A stretch of DNA of 64,000 nt from Octopus vulgaris (lineage: Eukaryota). A model generated the notes under the pieces. The model made no database searches and was not told where the DNA came from. It saw nothing but the letters and a program-made list of their open reading frames with translations. The stretch is from NCBI GenBank assembly GCA_951406725.2, contig OX597832.1, forward strand, positions 15,314,001-15,378,000, given 5' to 3'. Below, piece after piece: positions 52,951-64,000 of the stretch; the first letter of the stretch is position 1, and every line of letters begins with the position of its first letter. A program made the translations under genes and the position numbers.

Positions 52951-54753
52951 AGTTAGATGAATTTAACTCAAAGTTTACTAGATTTATCTAAAAATACGAT
53001 CTTTGATCGGCTTACGTACTCTACATTCACAAGGTCATGAGAATTTATGATTGACAAAAAAGGAAAGACAGAAAGATGGACAAAGAGAAAAGGCGGATAT
53101 ATATTTACGCATATAATAAACATCATTCACACACACACACACATACACATGCACGCACACACATACGCGCACATGCGCACATGAATATGTACAGAGATTA
53201 GACATAAGAATGAGTCTGCATATATATATACATATATATATATGTGTGTGTGTGTGTGTATACATATAGAAATGTATATATATATATGTAAATATATATA
53301 TATTTGTGTGTGTGTGTATGCGTGCGTGTGTGTGTGTGTGTGTGTGTGCGTATGCATATATTTGTGTGTGGTATGTGTGTGTATCTGTGGGTATGTTTGA
53401 GCAGTACTAGTTAAATCGCAGGTACAAATATTACTGGAAATGTTGGTTGTCAAGCTGTCAGACCTATCTTTTCTACTGAATTTGTGTTCATGAACATTAA
53501 AAAAAAAACATATCTAGATAGGCGGTTTTTGCGACATTTGTGTGAAAGTTATGATGGCAAACACTAAAAGTTTTATGTCCAAAAGATAGAGTCTCTTTAG
53601 TCACACATTTGACAACATATTAACTGACATTTATTTCTATATTTTCCTTTTTATACTTTTTTCGGAACACCAGCGCAGAATTTGAAATATTCAACCAGTC
53701 ACAACGGAGAAAATATCATTGTTGCAAATGATATTAATATCAACACTACATAAGATCGGCCAATTTAACGAAAGACACACTGAAGAATACTTTCCCAAAT
53801 ACTTGAAAATTTACTACCACAGAGAATATAATTATATTGTGACGGCTATGTTATGTAGTGGTTATCATTTTGATAATAACAATTCGATTATTCTGTTTAT
53901 TTATCTTTAATGGTAGTTGCTCTGTATCAAAAATATTATATCAAAAATATGGTTATATGATATAAAATTCTTCATTCGCTGTTTGTTTTTAGTCTCATTG
54001 TGCCTCATGGTTGTGTCAAATTGTATACTGTTTAGGTTATATATGTTTTTGCTGCCACCTAATGTTTTAGTGTTCATATAAATTTCTTTTCCTTTTCTTT
54101 TTATTTCTTGATCCCGTTTATTGTCATGTGATTTGAACATGTTTAGTTTGATATTTTTTCCCCTTTGCATCTTTGATTGTTGCCGCCTTTGATGTTTTAT
54201 AGTGCTAGCTTTATTGTGCCACATTTCATTATACTCGTTAGAATACTTTGAGTAAAGAGAGAGGTGACTTCGATTTAGGCGCTAGTCACTTCCAAGGTAA
54301 ACAAAAACGAAACTGGTGAGTTAACTAGTATTTTCAGAAAGCAAGGTAGCTCAACCTATACAAAATTTGAAAAATTAACTAAAACTGAGCGTCATTTAGT
54401 TCAAATCATTGGTAAAACTAAATTGTTTTCATTTGTTCAAATTACAAAGTTTAGAACAATATTAGTAATTTTTGTTTTAGACTTTTCTGGCAAATGGCTT
54501 CATTTCACACTGTTGAAACCGAAGCTGCTGTATCAATAAATAGCTACTTGTGATATTTAACGCACACAATTTCCTTTTCCGTTATTTTTAGGCTGGCAAA
54601 AATGTCCTTATATATTTCAATATAAATAAGTGACATTTATGAGGTCACTATACGTCTTAGAAACTGCAAATTGTTATAATCAATATATAAAATTCCGTTA
54701 TGCTATACGCAATGCATAGCAATAACTATATATTGTAAAAAGAAATATCAGAG

Positions 54754-54899
54754 ACGACATTTCATTCCTACCTAACTAGGAATGAAATGTCGTTTATTAC
54801 ATAAATTATGAAAATGTCATCAGTGACATAAATTATGAAAATATCGTCAGTGACATAAATTATCAGATGTCGTCTATGACATAAAGTATGAAAATCTCG
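54754..54899. repeat. Perfect 17-bp hairpin followed by four ~27-bp tandem units
   Basis: ACGACATTTCATTCCTA-cctaac-TAGGAATGAAATGTCGT; then ACATAAATTATGAAAATGTCATCAGTG-like units. Confidence 0.85.
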
Positions 54900-55389
54900 A
54901 TATTAATGAAGGTATATATTCCTTGAGCCATATGAATATTCACTGATTATAACTTTAAGTGATTCTGTTCCACTGTAATATGCAATAAATATGCCATACC
55001 ATTAAATAATCATTTAAAGAAAGTCTATGACACACTGCCCACTCCTGCTAGACAAATGCAGTATATTATTCTCAATCTGTCCTTTTTCAACTCCTCCCAG
55101 CATGAAGTAATTAAGTATTCCTATACATTGCTACAAGTCTGTTTTCCTCAGAATATGTAATTTCTTATGCTAGTGCAATTAAGTAAAAAGGGTATCACCT
55201 GATGAAGCATATTGATCTGTGAATAGTTGCTTTACTTTTGCTCACAATAAACTATAAAGCAGTTTGAAGTGCCTCCACTGATATGAAGCAGCAATAGCCG
55301 GAAGATGTTTTTTTTAAAATGATTTTTTCTTTATTTACAAAAGAAATATGCTCTTAATGTTTCTGCATTTCAACAAGTGAAACAAAAAC

Positions 55390-55568
55390 GCGAGGGCATG
55401 CAGAAAACTCACTGTGAATTAAGAAGCTTGCTTCCAAACCAGATGGGTACAGGTTCAAATCCCACAGCGTGGCACGTTGGGCAAGTGACTTTCATTATAG
55501 CCTCTGGCCGACCAAATGTTTGTTAGTGGATTGGGCAGACAGAACTTGAAAGAAGCACGTCGTATGTG

Positions 55569-55629
<61 letters not shown>

Positions 55630-55835
55630 TTGTACATTTGTGTCTGTGTTTGTCCTCCCGCCATAGCTTGGCAACAGATGGTGGTGTGTTGGTTTATGCC
55701 CCCGTAACTTAGAGCTTCGGCGAATAAGTACAATGCTTACAAGGAATAAGTCCTGGTTTCGACTTGTTTGACTAAAACACCTTAGGTCTGTGCTCCAGCA
55801 TGGCTACAGTCAAAAGCTGCAACAAATAAAAGAAT
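55390..55835 (+). mobile_element. SINE family A (older copy)
   Basis: AAGAAGCTTGCTTCC..GGTTCAAATCCCAC..TTGGGCAAGTGACTT..CTCCAGCATGGCTACAGTC. Confidence 0.8.
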
Positions 55836-56063
55836 AATGAATCAACCAATTTCTGCTACAGTAATTTTCGCATCAAAATCCAAGTCAACAATCGTAACAG
55901 GTTATTCCTTTCCTTTACACCACCTAATAAAAGGGCTGGCTTTAATTTTTCCACGCACATTTGTTTTAAAAAATCATGTAGTTCACGCAATTTAGGTCAC
56001 TGCTTTGACCTCTTTTAATCGTATTTTGATCTACAAAAAAGAGAAATAGATACATAGATATAT

Positions 56064-56121
<58 letters not shown>

Positions 56122-58623
56122 TTACATTTAAATATAATCCGATTTTAACAAAGAGCTTATATATTTTGATGGTAGTCAGCAATTTTGAGAACAGGAAATC
56201 ACTGAAATTACCATTCTAACATAAACCCGGAGTGTAAGCTCCTAAGTATAAAACTATTGAGAAATTATTTCGATGAAACTGAAAAGAAAAACACACAGAA
56301 ATAATTCTTCATTGTACAAAAGAAAAAAAATAATAATGGCTCCTTATATCTTCGTAAGAAATACTCCTGCAGTGAGGTTTTCAATTATCATGTAATTCAT
56401 GTCACTTGGGATCTGTAGCCAGGCGTGATCCAATACAACTGTTACAACTGGTATATGCCCGGCCGATGAGAAACGAAATTAATTCTGTCCTATAAATGCT
56501 ATGAGGAATTTATTTTCCAATGTCATAATAACGTGTTTCAATTATTACTTGTAAATACACCAATGCACCCCAGATAATATTAGATTACTTAATCATTATG
56601 TTGAAAGCGATACTTGGCTAATAGGAAATGTTCGGGTTTTCATATCATGCGATTTATGATAACTGCAACGTTTTCCTCACTTATATTATCATAAGCACAT
56701 ACACAAGATTTCAAATGCAACCAGCTTTTGAGAATTTATACTTTTTCAGACCCAAAATTATAGATAAATATGAAACAAGGGATGAAGATAAAGACTATTA
56801 TATATATTATGTATAACGGAAAGTGCCTCATGTAGCGGTTACTTCTAAAGAGACCATTGTTTTATATTGTATGCAACGAGGAGTGTAATTTTATTTATAA
56901 TATTGAAAGAAATGGAATTAACTTTCGGGTGCTACATCAATCTCAAATGTTTTTAAGGGGAGAGGTAGTACTGCTTACATTCGAGGTTTGCATGATATTT
57001 CTTCGATACTCACCCCTGTTACTAAGAATATTTCAATCTCAAACTTCTAGGCTTGTATTTGCGACAGGATTGTAGAATACCATATATAAATGCAAATGTT
57101 TGAGCACGTGCCTTGCTAACAATGCTTCATCATTTCTTTTGGCATACCAACAATTTATCAACATCACTTTGGGTGGTGATACCAAGTTATTAAAATCAAC
57201 ATTTTTTAAAGATATTGTGTAGCAGATGTGGACGGATGCAAGATTTCTTTTACGATATCATATATGATATTGAGCAATAACAGGGGGGCACATATACATT
57301 TACATGAATCTAAAAACATGAAAATGTAATTGTAATTACACTTGAAATTATAGCAAGGAAAATTGGTGGCATTTCATGTCGTCAAGAGTAAGCCTGATTA
57401 AAAAAAGAACCTAAATCGTGTACACTAGAGCTATATCCTCGCAACGGAAAATAGGCATCGGAACTCCAGTTTATGAAGCATAGACATACACATGATGCTA
57501 ACGCGAATAATTTGATATATCCACTGTTGACATTTTGAAGATCCTAAAATATTGCATTCATTTTAGACCATATCTTTGACTGATATTGTAGATCTTCAAA
57601 ACAGAACACACTGTCAATTTCAAGAATATACGCTCATGCATTTATAAGTCAATCCAAATCTCACTATTATTCACAGAAAAAAAACTTTTGGTTATGCACG
57701 AATATATTCTCACGAAAAGCGACTGGAGACATCAATTCGCTGCTAGTGAAAGTCATTTCTCTGCAAACATTTTCGTACGAACGTTATTGTAATAGTTGCG
57801 ACATTACGTTCTCGAAAGAAGAATAATCAAAACAATTTCTGTGGACATATCGTTTAATCAAATCTCATAAAAAAGTGCTTAATACAAGTATTTTGCAACT
57901 TTCCTGTCAACTGAACAATACTTGGTGCATCTGCAAAGATATCACATATCTATTCGTTTCAGTAGATATACTACTCGGCCACGAAATAAAATATCACATG
58001 CCCCAAATAAAATGTATATTATCCATACATCTATTTAAGGCCACGATTCGAAATTTAGATTGTGTTTAGATACTTACGTATAAAAATATAACAGATTTGA
58101 TAAAATATTCGAAACACTTTTTATTTAAATGAGAGTTTAATTGTTCAATATAGAGTTGATGTTGCTTTGGCTGCAAACATTTCTCCGGTGCGTCGAGGAT
58201 CGGTCTGATATAGATTTTGAGCGGTTACTACTAGACATTCCATTTATTCAATAAGCAAACCCTACTCTAGCCTTCTCACCAATATTAGAGGAGGGAATCA
58301 TTTCCTCACGTGTGGCTCCAAATGATTTCACAAATGTTTTATAATATTACGACTCGGTGACTGTGCAGGCAATTTACGAGTTTCTCTTTAAATTTGTGTT
58401 CTTTGAATCAATTCGGACCCACTGTAGTAGGGTGGATTGGCGCATTATTGATTTTGGAAGATTGCTTCTCCGTTAGGACATAGTGCCTGCAACAAGGGAT
58501 AAACTGGGTCTCTCATAAAATTTTAAATACGTCATGAACTGCAATGTAAACTTCATTAAGTTAATCAAAGACTGATGATTAGCTTCGCTGGGAAATGTTC
58601 ATTGCGCTAGTAAAGAATATAGG

Positions 58624-58910
58624 TATCGGGTTGGCAATTACGTTCCCGCCGTTTTATTTTTAATTAAACTTTTTTAAAGGTTTAAAATGATTTAAAAACT
58701 AATTCATCAATAACATATTCGGACTTGTTGTTTACCACCTCTTCCCAACGTTCAACAAAATTTTCAATACCTCTTTGGTAGAAATAACCCGATTTCGACT
58801 CGAAAATTGACGTAACCAAACTCCCAATTTGAAAGAGACCGAAAGAGGTGGAAATACGTTGGTGCCAAATGAGGAGATAAGGGCAGGGGTCGCTGCACCT
58901 CTCAGCCATG
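58624..58910 (-). mobile_element. Mariner 3' end (transposase C-terminus plus TIR)
   Basis: [33 protein letters not shown]; frameshifted [12 protein letters not shown]; TIR-like TATCGGGTTGGCAATTACGTTCCCGCCGTTTT. Confidence 0.85.
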
Positions 58911-59014
58911 CGTTTGAATACCTTCTTTGGTCATCTAGCACTATATAAAGTAGTTGGAATTGAGAGCATTCACTCATATTTCGAGTATATACGCATGAAA
59001 TCATGCATAAACCT

Positions 59015-59111
<97 letters not shown>

Positions 59112-59218
59112 GAGAGAGAGAGAGAGAGAAAAGAGAAAGAGAAAGAGACAAAGAATGAAAGAGAAACATACATACATGCTTAGCTACATTCATGTGTATA
59201 TGCAAATATTTGTTACTA

Positions 59219-59275
<57 letters not shown>

Positions 59276-59892
59276 GTATATGTATGGTATAAAACATCGT
59301 TTCGACGTGAGTCTCTTAGAAGACCACGTGAAACGCTATAAAATTATACGCAGGTTATGCACACACAAACACACATATATTTATATATAAATACACTTAC
59401 ACGCCGAATTTTGAAAACGTAATGGCCAAAAAATTCGAGTTACATAACTTCAAAGACTTGCTACGTACTCTGATGTCGCAATAATATAATAAAGATAACC
59501 ATAATAGAATCTGATAATTTTACTGTTTCAAACAAAAAGAGAAAAATCATCATAAACACATATATAGAAAAATCCGAATACGAGAGAAATAGAATACCGT
59601 GAGATGTGCCGCCTTATCTGTAGACAATTATTCATTTTATATTTATGTTAGCGTTAATTCATTTGTATGCCGACGTATACTTTCACATTCGTATGGTTGC
59701 TTGTACACAGCTGTGTTTGTACACATATGTGATGTGTGTGTGCGTGTGTATGTGCGTATATATGTATAAATGTCTGTGTGTATAGATCAATATATAAATA
59801 CGATCTGGTGTATGAAGTTTGCAAATTTGAAGTTATAGGCGGCCAGTGTAGAAAAGAAATGTGGACAAAGAAGTACGTAGGTATTCATATAT

Positions 59893-59936
<44 letters not shown>

Positions 59937-59957
59937 TATATACATATATACATTAAA

Positions 59958-60282
59958 ATGGAATGTCAAGCGAAGAGAAACGATCATTTTCGACACCACC
60001 CTTTTGCTTTTAATAAAAATTCTAAGGTCGCAAATGCTGCAATATTTGTGTTGTTTATGGAGAGGGTGCCATAGCTGAAACGAACCGCCTGTGATTGGTA
60101 TGCCAAGTTCAGAAATGGACATTTTGACCTTAAAGACGCAGCTTGTTCTGGCCGTCCAGTTGAGTTCAATGAAGACCGAATAAACCAACATTTGAATGAC
60201 AATTGTCGTCAAACGACAAGGGAGCTATCTGATTAAATAGAATGCTTCCCCACTGCTATAGAGAAGCATCTCCACTCGATGT
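59958..60282 (+). mobile_element. Mariner transposase N-terminal HTH fragment
   Basis: MECQAKRNDHFRHH..ICVVYGEGAIAE..WYAKFRNGHFDLKDAACSGRPVEF..QTTRELS. Confidence 0.85.
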
Positions 60283-60476
60283 GAAATAAACATTTACAAT
60301 ACACATTTACGTTTACCCCAAAAGTTCAATTTTAAGATAAAATTATAAATTTATTATGATTAATGACAATAAAATATCAAATATGAAGCTATCTAATTCC
60401 AAGTCGTAATATTTGTAATGGACTACGTATTATAACATTGATATTCATACTTACTGTATACCTAATTTTGCATCTC

Positions 60477-60558
<82 letters not shown>

Positions 60559-60584
60559 TGCTAATCGTCTGCACAATCCATTTC

Positions 60585-60695
60585 CAAATTGTTTGTCCCC
60601 GACAGTATATAGGAAGAAATACTTGCCTGATGAGACATGCAGTGGGACTGAGCAAGGAACCATGTAGTTGGGTAGCAAATGTCTCAGTACACAGT
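60585..60695 (-). mobile_element. SINE family A head fragment
   Basis: GCAGTGGGACTGA..GAACCATGTAGTTGGGTAGCAA. Confidence 0.6.
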
Positions 60696-61693
60696 AACAC
60701 CATTTCATTAACGTATTAGCTGAACAAACACACACACACACACACAGGCACACACACATATGTGTTCAGAGGTGAACCTTTCTAAACATATATAAATGTC
60801 GTCAGCATTTTAACAGGTTAATTAAAAGACAAAGAGGTGCGTAGCCACGCTGCAGGCTAAGTGTAGTGCTTATGCTTACGTTTTTTGCTAAATAAAGATC
60901 TTAGTGAGTGAGACAAATGGAGTATTCTAAACGCGCACATGACTATTCGTAGGGACATCTTGTACTTTCTGCTAAAAGGTTTTCTCTAAAAATTGTATTC
61001 AAACCGATTCTGTAGTTGAAGTAATTTACCCTATGAAACTAAGAAACCGGAAATCACGCAATTTTTAACTATATCTTATATAATGATAATGGAACATTCG
61101 ATGATCAAAGAATAGTATATTGATAAAGAATTATATTCATATATTTCTGTTAACATATATTTTGTTGTCGTCATTCCGGAATTGATAAAATAACTTACCA
61201 TTCATGAAACACATATAATTTCATTGTCAATCTCTTACAAATTAATATTATAAGAAAACTTTCGGTAGTTATTAGATGTATCCTGTTTGTTTAATGAAAT
61301 ATCATTTCGGCAATTAATGGACTGAGATATTTTCATATTTGATTTTTCTTTTGGTAAACATTTATTTACCAATTTATTTTAGGCAACGCAAGTTTTTAAT
61401 ATAAATTCACGGAAGATACAGTCGAAATAAAATAAAATTAATTCTTTGGGAGTGTTCGCTTATTACGATGATACTTGCCATTTAATATATTTTCCATTAT
61501 TATTAATATCGTGATATTTCCGTATATATTCAGATGAAAATTTGTTTCCATAGCAGTATTCATATTCATACTGTGTATTATCTTCATCATATTCGATACA
61601 CACACACTCACTCACACATACACACACACGCAGACTCACACATACACGCACACACATATATTTATATATATATATATATATACATATTTATAG

Positions 61694-61758
<65 letters not shown>

Positions 61759-62118
61759 TAAATGTATGTATATGTATATAAAATGATTTTAGTCCACTAA
61801 GCAACACCACATTATTGCCAATATATAATCAAAATTTATTCGCAGTAAATATAAACACTGTAAAATAAAGGAGATATAACTTTTTTCATTGTTGTAAACG
61901 AAGTTACCGTTAAATCGGTGTGTAAGGTAGCTTTTCAATATACCACTAGTGATCATCATTATATTACTCATAAAGTCATACAATGTGTAATGTAAGATTC
62001 GTCTCGATACAGTAACAATGAACGAAGGATGATACTATAATACTATATGCATAGATATTTATGAGAGGTAGTACTACCGCTGAAATTGTAATCGTGCGCC
62101 AGTATTATTATTTTGATT

Positions 62119-62270
62119 AAGGTAGTACACTCGCAGAATCGGAAACACGGTATTGTGTGCGTCTTTACTGTCTGATTGCTAATTTAGCTGGCGTCGGTGT
62201 TGTCTTTCAGCCTTTACACATTACTAAAACTTAGTTGCAGTTAAATACTGGGATGGAATTAATCGACTAC
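62119..62270 (+). mobile_element. Decayed SINE family C (Meta-like)
   Basis: GCAGAATCG..GTCTTTCAGCCTTT..CAGTTAAATACTGGG..TAATCGACT. Confidence 0.5.
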
Positions 62271-63817
62271 AAGCTTTCCAGAGAAAAAATTAAGTCCCTT
62301 TATCTATAATAGAAAAGGATTATTATCATCATTGACGAAAAGTACGACGGGAGGCATCGATGTAATTTTTTTCCGTTAACGATGCTAAGATTTGTTTGAT
62401 ACTGGACCGCAGTGTATATTATTTATCATCTTTTTTTCAGTGTAATTTTTAAAATGTCAGGTCAATGGTACTGAACTTTGGAATTGTTAGCAAATCAGAT
62501 TCACGACCACGTGGTCAGAATATGACCTATTGCAAAATACTACGAACTTTTACTCAATCTTTACTCTAACGTCTTTGTACATATCGCACTTGAAGTTCTA
62601 CATGATAATGTGATACAGGTAGTTTCTTTTACAAATTCATTTGCATCTTGACAAAAGTCATTCCTAAAGTCACATTTAAGCTGAATTTATTTAAAGGAAT
62701 TTGGCAGAGAAAAACTGCACACAATCCTACTGTATACATAGTAGTGCAGTTTATTAAAAAATTGTACGAGGAATTCAAATGATGGAAATACCTCATACTG
62801 TTTGAAACATTGTAACCGAAACACACCATTCACTTAATCGATCAAACGATTTTCCAAAATCACGTTTCAACTATGCACCAAAAGACGGTTAATTATATGC
62901 ATATCATTGCATTTACTGATGCTGATAAATTTTACAAATAATCTGTCATAAATATCTTTGCAAAATTTGTTTTCACACATCACAATTAAAAGCCTGTAAT
63001 ATGAGTACATGCATATAGATTAGTTTGTCTGAGTCTTGAATTAAATACTTCAATATATAAATCTTTAAGTCTATCTATATATCTCTTTTTCTACCTGCTT
63101 GTCTGTCTCTCTAGATATATGTGTGTGTTTATGTATGTATGTATGTGTATACATGTGTGTGTGGTCTGTGTGGGTGGGCGTGTGTATGCTTCTGTGTGTG
63201 TGAAAATGATGCCTCATAGGTTTATCGTTCACGTGACAGCTCATGTTACTGCGTAATAAATGAAATATTTCTTAAAACGTTAGTAATGTACGGTTGAATT
63301 TGTTTGCCGCACTAATTTACCTATAATCTCGTATCTAATTAATTCTATCTTTTTTAATTCCGATTGAACAGTATTTGAATATTTTCACTTTCTAATAATC
63401 TTCACATCACGCTTCACCGTTTGAAACAATTCCAGATAATTTCTTGTTTCGTGATTTTATTAGAAAAAACACTTGAGTTTGATCTGTAATTTATGAGAAT
63501 AAATTTGCCGTAGCAGTTAACACGTATATTCTGTGTCTTTTAGTGCACGCCTTTTGTATTTCATATTGGCACAATTTTATAACGATCACAGGCTGTTTTA
63601 AATGAAGGGATTTAAGTACACATTACAAATTACGAAGGACAATTTTTCTGTGGAACACAAATGAATAAATGGCTTCAAATATTATAAGAAATCAATAAAA
63701 AATATTCTTTGCCATGAAAGCTATTCTGTCTAATCTCAAGGAATTTTTATTTTTACAAGTTTGTGTTTATTGCTCAACCAAAATTATAATTGCATGGAAA
63801 GTGAGAAACAAATAAAA

Positions 63818-63818
<1 letters not shown>

Positions 63819-63884
<66 letters not shown>

Positions 63885-63917
63885 ATTTTATCATTTTTAT
63901 AATTATTATTGCTATTA

Positions 63918-63958
<41 letters not shown>

Positions 63959-64000
63959 GAGTGAGAGAGCAGTTCATGCCATCAAAGTGACACTGGGGTA
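63819..64000 (-). repeat. (TTA)n tract plus the end of the TAA-associated element seen at 13497-14140
   Basis: GAGAGAGCAGTTCATGCCATCAAAG is the reverse complement of a variant of CTTTGATGACATTCACTGCTCT (14118-14139). Confidence 0.75.

Noticed and set aside
55199-55281. C/D-box-like TGATGA...CTGA pair (similar at 17810-17890)
   Set aside because: No terminal stem or recognisable rRNA guide; expected by chance

Overview
AT-rich, microsatellite-dense animal DNA. The repeat families (tRNA-derived SINEs with CORE-, V- and Meta-like domains, TAA-associated R4/Dong fragments, TA-embedded Penelope fragments) look like octopus/coleoid sequence; this assignment is an inference. I found no convincing host exon, tRNA or rRNA gene. 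The window is intergenic or intronic and made of decayed mobile elements: mariner and Tc1 transposases, a hAT-like transposase, a hAT MITE with an 8-bp TSD, a Helitron PIF1 helicase relic, CR1-group, L1/Tx1 and R4/Dong LINE fragments, about 15 SINE copies and several Penelope-like element (PLE) fragments. Almost all ORFs in the track are microsatellite translations. The main signal is a set of five type-I hammerhead ribozyme motifs (23636-23711 -, 36753-36836 +, 40064-40150 +, 40550-40635 -, 41531-41605 +). Each has a minimal, largely self-complementary stem III (dimer type) and a long stem II insert. They lie in PLE pseudo-LTRs, or in a non-coding module with interleaved inverted repeats, all inserted in (TA)n tracts. 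Coordinates were counted by eye, and family names come from motif recognition, not database searches.
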